Shown: piece by piece, positions 23,091 to 35,124 of the stretch | Position numbering within the stretch: the first letter of the stretch is position 1 | Layout of the letters: each line of letters starts with the position of its first letter | Origin: Carcharhinus amblyrhynchos | Taxonomy: Eukaryota | Reading direction: 5' to 3' | Length of the DNA: 64,000 nt | NCBI GenBank assembly: GCA_965287045.1 | Contig: OZ336873.1 | Location: 89,094,001 to 89,158,000 of the forward strand | Translations under genes and position numbers: made by a program | Notes under the pieces: generated by a model | What the model saw: only the letters and a program-made list of their open reading frames with translations | Databases searched by the model: none | Told to the model about the DNA's origin: nothing

Positions 23091-25254
23091 AGTTTGTCTG
23101 TAGGTAGTTACAATTATCATTCAATAAATCACCATTGTGGTTGAAGCTTTCCTCATCGTATTACCTTGAGCTGCAATACATACTGTAGGATGCAGCAGAA
23201 TATGAGTCTGACTCTCTATCTTGAGTACTTCAATTAATTTTTAGTTTAAAAATGACAAGCACTTCATGAAAAATTGTAAAAATCTGAATCCAATTTAATA
23301 TTAAACACTGCCATGTTGAATGTATGTTCGGAGCATTCTTAAATGGGGATCAAGGGAATGGGAAGGTTCAGATGGTAACTTAAGTGTTTATATTCTGTAG
23401 ATTTGCACCTCCAACAGACTTAAAGAGGACTCTGGGGATAACAATAGGAATCAAACACTCTCCTTCAAAAACAAAATCTTAATTGTCGGACCAAACTTGA
23501 GGTCCCAGTGTCTTGGTTTCAACTGTTGTTGCAGCGAATCAAAATGCAGCTCAGTCCTGGAGCCAAGTTGTTTTTCATTTTGATCTGCTGCTGCTTTGTT
23601 GGTTTAATAATTCTCTATAATTTTGTTAATTAAGGTCCATACTTTGAGAAATGTTTGCAATTTCCTATGAGCGTTTGCGGTTTTCAGATCTTCCTCTCTG
23701 GGCCTGAGGCTGAGATTATATTGCTGGTGGGAGAGGTCAAAATCCTTTCCCAACTGAAGTGTTTTCTTAACAATCACCCTCAGAAGTTAACCCCTTCCCG
23801 CTTGGAGACTTTCACAGGACAGAGTCGCAGCAGTCACCACTTCAAGGTGAGTCAGAATTTATCTGGGGACACAACAGTCATGACACTAAGGCGTACTGGT
23901 GATTTGAATAGAGAGGAGCACACACAAAGCATTAAAACCTATTTCTACTTTTAAAAGCTTTCAGAGTGATATTAGTTTACACCTGCAATACAAAATGAGT
24001 TGATAGTGAATTGGTCACTGATTTTCCACCGCACCCGATTTTCTTCTCATTGAAGTTCGCAGTACAAAAACTAAACCATTTTGCCAACCCATTTCCTAGT
24101 CTCGCTCACTTGTTTGAATTAAAGAAAATTGGCAATATTTTCCAAACCTATGGCAAATAATTGCCATGGTGAAAAACAATACCACCCTGTTTGACACTGC
24201 TGGTAAAGACCAATGTCAGGCACTTTGTGATTTTGTTTTTGTCAGTGTGTACTAGTGTAGATTATAGAGTCCTTCAGCATTGCTGACAATTTATGTGAAC
24301 TCTATAACCATATAATCAGATGCATTCCCACAATCAAGTACACAAGAACACACAATGAAGTCTTTTTTTGGTATTTTGTTCTCATTCCATGAACTTTGAC
24401 CTCGCTTCTCTCATTTTAAATTGTTCATTTGTAACTTCCAATTTTAAAATTATTTTTACAGTTCTGTTTTTTTTTCATTAAACGATCCACACCTGGACAA
24501 CACTGTTTCTCTCCTCTATGTGTCTCAAGCACAGCCAGATGCTAAGAACCCAATCTGCCCATACTTTCTGCTCTGCCCACCTGAACCTACCACCTGCTCT
24601 CTTCTCCTACACTTTCCTCCCCTTTCCTTCAAGCTCGAGCACAAACCACGGCAGCACCCGGACAGCATCTGTCTTCTTGGTCCCCACTCCAAAATTCTTG
24701 TCTGTTTTTCATGTGCACTAAGATCCTCACACACTAGGAAGAAGACAGCCAATTTCCATAATTGAAGACCCAGTGGAGGCCATTTTATAGTGCCTTTGCA
24801 ATTTTGGCAACAATGGATTGACCCCTGTCTTGGGAGTTGGGGGTAGCCTCCCAGTGGCAACTAGGGAGTAAAGTTTTACAAGGCAAAGAGAGGGGTGCAA
24901 GCACGGATGTAGGCATTATGTCCCAACCATTTGTAAGGAGATGTTCATGGGCCTTCTGATAAGTTTACATTTTGTCTTCATCTATCTGCTCTGAGCCCAA
25001 GATCTCTAGCCTGTCTCAGCAGTGGCCACCACTCCTGATGGTGCTGCTGAGCTGCCAGCCTCTGATTGGACCAGAAACCCTTAAGGGTGGGCTGCCATTC
25101 TTAATAGGGCAGCAGCGACTTAATTGACTGCCACCCATAGGTGTCAAGGAAAGACCCATCTCCCACCCATGGTAAGAATTTCTGCCTGACATCAGGATGT
25201 TTGCGTTAACTATAAAATAAAACGGTCTGAATCTCTTTCCTCTGCCTTATTCTC

Positions 25255-25900
25255 AATCTCTATGATTAGTTCTCAGCTTGTCAGCCATTCATCCCTTCAG
25301 TTATATCATGGCTGATCTGTACCTGTAACTCCATTTACCTACCATAGCTCCTTATTAAAGGTCCAATTGTCCTAACTTCCAAAGGGAAGTTCAAAGTTTA
25401 TTTATTAGTTACAAGTAGGCTTGCATTCACACTGCAATGAAGCTACTGCGAAAATCCCATAGTCGCCACATTCCGGTGCCTGTTCAGGTACGCTGAGGGA
25501 GAACTTAGCACAGCCAATTCACCTAACCTGCACATCTTTGGACTGTAGGAGGAAACTGGAGCACCCGGAGGAAACCCACACAGACCCAGGGAGAAGGTCC
25601 ACACAGACAGCGACCCAAGCCAGGAACAGAACTGGGGATCCCTGGCGCTGTGAGGCAACAGTGCTATGCCACCAGCCACAGCCTCTGTGGGAATATTTCC
25701 ACTATCTTTCATGTAATGAAGGTTATCTGGATTCTCTGCTAAATGACCAACTGTACTTTGAAGATTTGTCTGGCCTCTTCTTTGATTCATTGGAGGAAAT
25801 AGTTTCTCTGCACCTTTGAACATTTTAAATTCTTTGATTATATTATCTCCCAATCTTCCACACCAAACATATAGTTTAAAACCTAAAATTAACACAATGC
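25255..25900 (-). mobile_element. Old CR1 3' fragment interrupted by a SINE
   Basis: GCCATTC..ATCATGGCTGATCTG 3' motif and FKMFKGAEKLFP C-terminal ORF2 remnant. Confidence 0.55.
25388..25673 (-). mobile_element. V-SINE, alternative tail
   Basis: AAAGTTTATTTATTAGTTACAAGTAGGCTTGCATTCACACTGCAATGAAG on +, followed by the HE1 core and head. Confidence 0.88.
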
Positions 25901-26244
25901 TGTGCTGCCTTCAGACTTGCCTCAGCTTTTGGGTATGTTCCTGCTGTAGCACTGCTGTGATCAGGATGGATATCCTGCTAGGAGTCGCGCTTCGACAGGT
26001 TTTGAACTGTGGTTGGAAGTTGGAGTGTAAACTTAACATGCAGAGTGAGACTTAACAGAGCAGAAGATCAGAAAGAAAAAAAATACATAGCAAGTTCAAA
26101 TCAATAGTTAAAATCCAGATGAGAGGGTAGAATGAGGTATCCAGAAGACCAATGTGATTTGCAAATAGTATACATCATCTTCTTAGCTGGATGTTATCTG
26201 TATGAAACCAGTAGCAACCTCATAACTCAAACAAAACAAAAAAC

Positions 26245-26326
26245 TGAGAATAGCTACAACACTAGATTAAAGTCCAACAGTTTATTTGGAATCACGAGCT
26301 TTTGGAGTGCTGCTTCTTCATCATGA
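26245..26326 (-). mobile_element. Penelope-like element terminus with degenerate hammerhead motif
   Basis: Same sequence family as 34397-34557 (ACAACA..AG.TTAAAG.CCAACAG.TTTATTTGG). Minus strand reads ATGATGA-AGAAGCAGCACTCC-AAAAGCTC-GTGA. Confidence 0.65.
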
Positions 26327-26374
26327 CTAGAGAATCCTGCTGGCATGAATGACCAGAAAATTTCAGCCACTATT

Positions 26375-27217
26375 TAACTGGAGGCAGTTCAGAGAAGGTT
26401 CACATGGATAATCCATGGTATGAAGGGATTGTCTCATGGGGAAAGGTTAAACAGGTTGGGATTCTACTCATTGGAAACTGGAAGAATGAGAGATGATCAT
26501 ATTGGAACATGTAGGAGTCTTGACAGTGTTAATGCTGTAAGGATGTTTCCTAATGTGAGAGTCCAGGTCCGGAAGGCATAGTCTGAGAATAAGGGGATGA
26601 CAATTTAAGACTGAAATGGGTCAACTCAGAGGGTTGTGTGCCGTTGAAAGTCCTTGCCACAAAGGGCAGAGTAATTGTGTATAATTAAGGCTGAGTTGGA
26701 TAGATTTTGATCAGTAAGGGAATCAAGGGTTACAGGGAAAGGGCAGGAAAGTGGGCATGAGGAATGTCAGATCAGTCATGTCCCTGTTGAATGGTGGAGA
26801 GGCTTTATGGGCTGAACAGCCAACTCTGTTTCTATTTTTATGGTCTTACAAAATCTACAAAATGTTTGAAGGAATAGACAGGGAAGATGAAGGTCAGATG
26901 TTTTCCTGATTGGAGAGTCTAGAACCTGGAGACACAATTTCAAAATCAGGGGGACTCTATCTGGGACTGAAATGAGGAGAATTTTTATTACTGAGAGGAT
27001 TGCAAATCTTCAGAATTCTCCACACCAGAGAGCTGTGGAAATCAATTACGGAGCATGCTTAATGCAGTGATTGACAGATTTCTAAATTCCAATCACATAA
27101 AGTGATATGGGGATTGTGTGGAAAAAAGACATTCAAGTGGATGATCAGCCATGATTAAATTGAATGGTGGAGCAGCCTTGATGGGCTGAATGGCACACTC
27201 CTGCCCCTATGTTCCTA
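26375..27217 (+). mobile_element. Two tandem CR1 3' ends
   Basis: LEAVQRRFTWIIHGMKGLS..ERLNRLGFYSLE motif. Two separate TGAATGGTGGAG..TGGGCTGAA..CTATGTTCCTA-type termini at ~26850 and ~27217. Confidence 0.85.
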
Positions 27218-27548
27218 AAATAAAGAGTGGGAAATAAAAGTTAAATTAAGAGAGAGAGATGAAAGAGTCAAACCAAATTCAGTCCTTATCCACAATATCA
27301 GTACAACTTCACAGTGTATTTGAATGGGGAGCCAAATAGAGAGATGTTGTTATGTACAATTTATTAAGGAAAATCGCAGACAGCAACTTCCATGTGCATA
27401 AGCCTAAAGTTGCTATCCAATTAACACACAATTGGCAGTAAACACCATCAGTCTCATTATTATGTTCACAGCAAATGTGTGAACTCCAACACTGATCAGG
27501 AGAATATTTTATTCGGACTTTGATCTTTTATGAAAATTAATTCTGCTT

Positions 27549-27813
27549 TAAAGTTTATTTATTAGTCACAAGTAAGGCATACATGAACACTGCAATGAAG
27601 TTACTGTGAAATTCCCCTAGTCGCCTGTTTGGGTCCATGCACCTAACCAGTACATCTTTCAGAATGTGGGAGGAAACCAGAACACCCGGAGGAAACTCAC
27701 GCAGACACAGGGAGAACATGCAATCTCCACACAGTAACCCAAACTGGGAATTGAACCCAGGTCCCTGCTGCTGTGAAGCAGCAGTGCTAACCAGTGTGCT
27801 ACTGTGCCGCCCC
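27549..27813 (-). mobile_element. V-SINE, alternative tail (short variant)
   Basis: Alternative tail plus HE1 head. Lacks the ~25-nt GAGGGAGAATTTAGCATGG segment, as does 62146-62414. Confidence 0.88.
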
Positions 27814-28949
27814 ACATTAACATATTGGACAATCAGTTTTTGTTACTTAAAAAAAATAAATTTGGCACTGAATTCAATTAAGCATCTCCTAAGGTAAACA
27901 TGATTATGGATAACCAATACTGAGGAATAAAGCAGATATTCAAACAGCAATTACAAGAAGAAAGCACGGTAGTTTAGGAAAGCACCATGAAATTTACACA
28001 ACCTGCTCACTGCAATCTGTCAATGTCTATAATGTGGAATATCACTTCCACCTCATTGTGAAACATAACACTGTGTTTATAAGCTCGCTTGCTGGTAAAT
28101 TGCTACTACTAAAGATGTCATACAGTACTTCATTATAGATCCAGTATCTTCATTGGTGGCCGTTCCACATAGTTACTTGACTGCTTTAGGGCGTTTATGA
28201 TATGTGATGCCTCATTTCTCCCCTAGCGATGTTTGACACCTGTACTGTTTTAACACACCAGCATTTCTAGGCAGAATCTGACATTAAGGTAACATTTTGT
28301 CTCATTTCGAATGCACCAATCTGTACTCGCACAGGCTGTTGAATCAGAGGGCCAGCAGCTCTGAAGCCTCAGTAATGCCAACAGGAGAGGTGGAGACTGT
28401 GAAGGCAAACAAGAGATCTCCAGAGTGTCTCCAGGTAACTAAATTAAAAATAAAATATTCAGAGGCCAAGAGAAATTCTCTCAGGAGATGGAGGGATGAG
28501 GTGAGGGAGAAGAATCATTGGGACTGTGAGTACTGTCATCCATGCCCATGGTACCCTCTTCAGACCATGGAACCTCTTGCTCCAATACCCTCAGTGGGCC
28601 TGGCACAATGAAGCTGACAGCTTCCCACATTTGGGGGACCACTAGCAATTCTCAAGGCCCTACTTGATGGCCCCTAATTGGAACCTTAGCTATGCTATTT
28701 GGATGCCCGCCTTCATGGAGCAGGCAGCCATTTCACACATCTACTTATTGATCGGAAACATCCACAGCACTAGGGGGAAGTTCAGAATGCTGAGCTAATG
28801 CTGCTCCCTGCTGTTTTACCAGCTTCTATTCCTGCCACCCTGGGCTGGTAAGCTTCAGCCTATTTTTATCTAGTTGTGTGCAATTTGCTGTGATACCGCC
28901 ATTTTCATTGTACAAATTTACACAGGACATCACAGGACTTTCTATTGAG

Positions 28950-29500
28950 AATATACCCATGTCTTTCCGAAAGGTAAAAGAGGAGAAGCAACAGAGGAAG
29001 GCCAGCCAGCACTGAAACACTCAGTACACATTAGCAAGTCCCGCCACACTAAGAACTACAGGCTGAGATGCATATATCTCACAGAGGACACTTTACAAGA
29101 AAAGTCATGGCTGCATTTTACTGCAAGCTGCAAGTGACCTGTAACCCATCTCCACCAAAGGCAGAGTCCGCTGCCAATGATTGTCAAAATCACAACTGCC
29201 CTTAATCTTCGTGCAGGGCATTCATTCCAGACTGTTATCAGAGCTATCGCTTGCATCAAACAAAGAGTTGTGCACAGATGCATGAAGACAGTAATGAATG
29301 TATTATTAGCTAAATTAAGCAATCTTATCTCTTTCTCTGGTGGACAAGGAGACAGCACCATGAGAAGGCACTGCTGATGTAGATAGAAACGGCATTTCTG
29401 ATGGCCCAGAAAATATCTGATTGTACCTTCAAGCAGGGCCTTCAATGTCACTGTCAGCGAGGTGGAGGGCATCCAAGATGCAGCAACCACAGATGTAAGT
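28950..29500 (+). pseudogene. Harbinger transposase N-terminal fragment
   Basis: ORF 29177-29377 (LP)MIVKITTALNLRAGHSFQTVIRAIACIKQRVVHRCMKTVMNVL matches the HARBI1-like N-terminal helix-turn-helix region. Confidence 0.7.
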
Positions 29501-29789
29501 TGAAGGCACCTTGAGCACAAACAGATGTTTGTCCTGGGTGATGTTATTTATATTCAGTATTTTGAAATTTTTGTTGTTTGACAACTTTGTACATTATCTT
29601 TTCATTTAGAATAACATAAACATTTATTTTGCTTTAATGAGCTGAGTTGGCTTGATGATTGCAATGGGTGTCAGATGCAGTATTGTAACTGCATGGCATT
29701 GTATGGTGCTGGAATTTTGGATTGGTTTAGCATATAGTGACTGTTTGTGAAGGAAACAGTCTCATTAGCGTGAGTAAGCATCATTGCTT

Positions 29790-31500
29790 TGGATGTCTAC
29801 TGAAGATTCAGAGGATCAAAACATCCCTGGTGTTCCTGTCTTCCTGAAGATTCTTTCATTTGCCTCCACGTCCTCACACTGTACCTCCCCAGCCTCTTCC
29901 TCAGACCCATCACTGGAATCGTCCTCCCTGGCCTATAGAACTGCCTCAATTTCTTCAGCTTCCACTGGGTACCCCCATTTTCAGAGCCAGGTTGTGCAGG
30001 GCGCACTATGCTATTAGTATGAGGGAGACACATTCTGGAGGATAGTACAATGCTTGCCCTGTTTGGTGCAGACGTCTGAAGCGCATCTTGACCAGCCTGA
30101 TGGTCCAGTCTGACTCCTGTTGTATCTTTTCTCCGCCTTCTGCTCTTGAGTGACAGCATGGGGCACAGGCCACCTTTTCAAGGGATAGCCCTTTTCACCC
30201 AAGAGCCATCTATCCAATCATGCAGGAGCCACAAACAACCTTGGTACCTAGGAGTGCTGCAAGATGTAAGAATCGTATCAGCTGCCAGGTTAACAGGCTC
30301 AAACTTGGAAGATCTTTGTCTTGTGATCACAGATGATCTGCACATCCACTGAGTGGAAGCACTTTCACTCACAAAGGTTCCTGGCTCACCTGTTGGCACC
30401 TCTAAGGCTGCATGAGTACAAGGGATTACAAGGAGAACCCAGCCACCATTGAACAACCCGTGTTGTCTCTGCCAGGCCGCTGTCATCTGTCTAGACATGT
30501 GGATATGGCTGAAGGTAGCACCAATCATGAACTTGACGCAACAGTGTTCAGCTGATTGAGACACACCACACAGACTACGAACCAACACCTCCCCCCCCCC
30601 CACCCCTCCAGCCCACATTAAGCCTGTAAAGTACCAGATGAGTGAAAGCTGAGGGCCATTGTGATATTCTAAGCCAGTGGCATGGGGTATCCACCAATGG
30701 AGTTGGAGAGGATTTCCGGCCCAATCATATGACATATTGCTCTTACTGTGTCTCTGGAGAGGCGGAGCTTCCTGTGGCACCAGATAAGGACATTTGGAGG
30801 TAATTGGAGCACTGCCTGTACTCTAGTCACTGGGTAATGGCATCAGCAGTATTACCTGCTGCCTTGACCTCCCTGATGACTCTGCACCAACTGAGCCCGT
30901 GCCTCTTCTTTCAAAGATCCCTCCCTAGGATGCTGCCCACACTCACCCTACCTTCTCTCCCTCCTTCCCCTCCCTTCCTCCTAAGAGGAGGTCCCACCAG
31001 CTGAGTGCACTATCCCCTTTAGATTAAATGCACGATGATCTGTGCCTTGCAAATCAGAGATTACTGTGCTGAAATCCTCAGGGAAACATTCCAGGGAAGA
31101 TGAGGCTCTGAAATTCAGCAGGTTAGGTTTGAAATGTTACCAAAATCAAATGAAAATCTGGGACAACTCTGTAGTCACACAGTTACAAACTCACAATGAG
31201 AGTGAAAGTGCTTGTGGCTCCAGGGGTCTTTGATGGGGATTTTGGATGGGGATTTGATAAAAATGTATTTGCTGTCACCCGTTGCCTGTGCAGCGAGCAG
31301 AAAATTGCGTGGGCAATGTCAAGTCACTTACGATTGCCTTGTTCACGTCCTTAATTTCCCCTTTAATTGTTGGTGCATGTGCCCCCTTGATATTGCATCC
31401 ATGCGCAGTGACATCAAGAAGCATGCTTAATGCCATTGCTATTTTACGTTGAGTCAGTTTGAGCACGCAGCCAACCTCTGATGTAAAATTCAGGCCATGA
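29790..31500 (-). mobile_element. Decayed Harbinger element with transposase
   Basis: WLLGEKGYPLKRW, QEQKAEKRYNRS, CHRKLRLSRDTVRAICHMIGPEI, acidic C-terminus. TIR-like GTAAAATTCAGGCC at ~31485. Confidence 0.82.
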
Positions 31501-31569
31501 TTCTTTTGATAGATGGCATTAAGAAATATTATTTCCTTTCAGTTAAATTGCCGTTGAGGGGGAGAGCAG

Positions 31570-31810
31570 AGAGGAAAGGAAAAATTACTTTCTTAAAAGA
31601 GTTATTGAAGCATGGAATGCTTTGCTGCAAAGAATGTTTGAGTCAGAGATCAGTGCATTGTTTGAAGGAAAATTGAATAAAAGGTTGAGGCAAAGGAAGA
31701 TACTTGGCTTTGAGAGAGGGTATGCCAGTGGGATTAGTTTTAGCCAAAGGATCCACACAGACACAGTTGGCCGAATGGCCTGCTGTGAGTTGCTGCATTT
31801 CTACACATAG
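31570..31810 (+). mobile_element. Old CR1 3' end
   Basis: RVIEAWNALLQ..ESE..F..KL motif and GGCCGAATGGCCT..TTTCTA terminus. Confidence 0.65.
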
Positions 31811-32202
31811 AAGATGTAATTTTTGAAAAAAGAGAACTTTTATATTTCTGGCTGGATTTTAAAAATACATTCAAACCCTCTATAGGCAATGGAGGACTGC
31901 CGGACAGCTACAATGTGCAAGCTTGCATTCTACCAAGTGGGATGAAACTCAACCCTCTGGGGAGCGAGACGGAGGCCATGTCATGTTGGCTGTCCACTAT
32001 CCTGAAACTTTTCACCTGTTTCTGAGATGAGACATCAAAATGCAGTTACCTGTTCTAACACAATGACTACAGCAGATGTGAACTAATCAAATTCTTCCCT
32101 TCTTTAAAGGATTATGTTACCAAGCAGAGTTGAGAGAATCAGAATACAGTGCTGAAAGCAGGCTGCAAAAGCTGTTTACTCTCTCGCTCTCTCAAAAATA
32201 TT

Positions 32203-33494
32203 GAATGGAATTCTCCCGTTTTGAGGCTAAGTGCCCACGCCGATGGGAAAACAAGATTCACCCACCTGAAAGATGTTAATGAGATCAGCTCACCAGCCAG
32301 TGCTGCTGTTCTAAAATCAGGACACCATTGTTAAAGATCTCTGTGCACGGAGATAGGTCTCCCTCCCCACAAAAATTTTTGAAAATGAATATTTTGGGGA
32401 GAATTCCAGCCACCATATCCGATTGACAGACTACGATTTCTTCAAAACTAATGTGGTTTTCAAAAGAGGAAGTTAAACCACAGGCTGTCAACCGAGTGAA
32501 ATTGATACCTCCTCTCTGTCAAAGGACTTCAAAGGGATCGACTCATACCTGCCTCCTGACAGGGAAAAAGGGAAATCTCTGCTGCAGAATGGAGTGCTGC
32601 AATGATATTAAACACTGCCAAGTGACCAACGGGCTTGGAGATTAAAGTGGCCCGGCCACTTCAGAATTTTTAGCTCTGACAGGCAGAAATGCAGATGTTG
32701 ATCTCAGGATTGCCTGAAATCACCGTGCCAAGGGTGATCTTCAGGCTTGCCAGGTTTAGAAGAGGCAGTCCAGCTATATCCACCCCCCCATCCCAGGGGA
32801 GAGTGATGAGGCCAACCTCTGTTTCCCAGCCCCAGCCCGCACAACCCCCCATTTGAAGGTCAATTCCTCTGCAGCCTGGTCAGCAGCAGAGGGGCAAATA
32901 GCCACTCGCCATAACTCCTTGACCCCTGCCCTCAAGGCCCAAGGTGCCAGGTGAGGGTATCAGTGCCAGGGTGGAGTATACTTTTGGCGCTGCCAAGGTG
33001 CATGGCCTAAAGGGGGACTGAGTGGGGGGTTTGATGGGGGAGGGGGGCTGAGGGAAGGGTTGTGTCAGGTCACCCTCATGCCTGCGTGGCATGTGGGTGG
33101 ATAAATTGTAATCTGTTGTGTGGAATACGATGCCCCTCTTCTGTGAGATTCGTGATGCTTTCCTGGATGCTCGGGATCCAGCACGCCATGTCCCTGCTTG
33201 TGGTTAGCAACAGTAAAGTCCGCCCAGTGCCGATCCTGCTGGTGGACCAGGCGAATGGGGGGGAGGGGGGGGGGGGGGGGGGGAGGGGTCATCAAACCCA
33301 ATGTTGTGGGTTTGCACAATTATCGGGTTGTTGCCCGTTATGATGGGAACCCTTTCGGCGCCAGTGACGCAGGTTTGGTGAATTATTAGTGTCTTGATGC
33401 CCATTGGGAATCCTGATTTTTGGCTGATGTCTCATTCACCAGGGAATTGGGATTCCTGCTAGTCATCTGAGGAGTTTGGAAGAATTGCACCCCA
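32203..33494. mobile_element. Non-autonomous Harbinger-like element with long G run
   Basis: Ends GAATGGAATTCTCC / GGAAGAATTGCACCC, GC-rich interior, G-run at 33257-33288. Confidence 0.6.
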
Positions 33495-34396
33495 TTGTGC
33501 CTGAATTTGCAAAGTAACCATCCTGAGAAGAGAAATTTACTGCAAACCAAGATCTCGAGGAAATAAAATGTGGAAATTAGCTCCATATAACAACATTCTG
33601 GAAGATAACTGAGCAAAACAATCACAATATGGGATCACTGCATTAAGACCAGACAGAGGACAGCTAACCACATATTCCTTTGCTTTATCTTCTTCACAAA
33701 CCATAAACAAAAATCCATAAGCTACCCTCTTAGTTCAAATCCAAATCAGTTATGTGTGTTAATCCTGGAATTTACCAGGAGTTCAGTCTTCTACAAGTAC
33801 TGGTTGTATAGTTTGCCTCGCCCTAATCCCAACAGTTTATGCTAAGATTGGAAAATTCAGGAAGACATTTCATCAACAGGGTAAAGACTACACATCAAAT
33901 GGCTGTATAAATTTTTGTTTGCTTAGCAAGATAGTTACTCATTGTGTAACCGTATGGACTTGATATCTGCGGAGCAGACACCATATACAATCTGCCTTAT
34001 CATCAAACTTTGACATTTATTTAATCTCCTGAAAGATAGGGTCATTCTAAATATTTATTTCTCAACCCTTTCCTCCCCCAGCAAAGTGAATCAAATTGGC
34101 TAAGGGATTCTCGTCCCTTTCCTTCCCCAGGAAGGTAGACAAGCAATACGTCAGCATATCTATCTATTGCCAACATTCCACTCTGGCTTGTTACCTCTTA
34201 CAGATGGTATTTCATTAATCTCACAGCAATGGGAAGCATTTCTTTTCCTGGGGCATTTGATCAGTTTGCTCTTTTCTTTGTCCTGTAACCTTGCATTTTA
34301 TTAAAAATAATCAAATAAAATACACTGATGAATCTGATCAGTGTTGCATGAATTGTTTTGGTAACACACTGTTCAATTACTGACTATGTTCACGAG

Positions 34397-34557
34397 GGTG
34401 TGGAGATGCTGGTGTTGGACTGAGGTTAGCACAGTAAGAAGTCTCACAACATCAGGTTAAAGCCAACAGATTTATTTGGTAGCACAAGCTTTCGGAGTGT
34501 CACTCCTTCAGGTGAGTGAGGAGTTGTGTTCACAACAGGGCAGATATAGACACAAAA
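34397..34557 (-). mobile_element. Penelope-like element terminus with hammerhead remnant
   Basis: GTGGAGATGCTGGTGTTGGACTG..AGTAAGAAGTCTCACAACATCAGGTTAAAG on +. Minus strand reads CAC-CTGAA-GGAGTGACACTCC-GAAAGCTT-GTG. Confidence 0.7.
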
Positions 34558-35124
34558 TGTTAGTGAGGGCATTTTTCACCTTGCTTGAGACTTGTTAATT
34601 TGATGCTAGTGTCCTCAGTTGCTGTATTTATTGTCTAAGGTAAGTATCTTGCTTCCATCTACATTAACCAATCCCTTCGGCATTCTGAAAACTTGAATAA
34701 TGGTGCTCTTTCAATCCAGATACTCAGCTCTCTAAATCTCTTTTCACATCCTGGAGCTCAATATCACCTTTGTTACACTTCTCTGAAACATCTCCAAGGA
34801 GCATTTGTCTTTATTACAGTCAGGTATCTGAACTTGCACATAATTCTAATGTGACCTAACTAATTATCCACATGTGCCCCCCATGTATCAGCTTTTACTA
34901 AAATGTGATTCCGTATAGTACTGGTGAAGATGAAGGAATCACTGATGTGCCTTGTAAGCTAATAAATTATTTTTCTTTTACACTTGCCAAACTTTAACAA
35001 TGCTCACCTTTTCAATGCTAATTTCAGTCAAAGTGTTGAGTGGCTGATCCATCTCAGCCTCAGCCTGAGAACTCCACTATCATAAATGCCAACCCTTAGC
35101 CAATTTGATTCACTTCCTGTGGTA

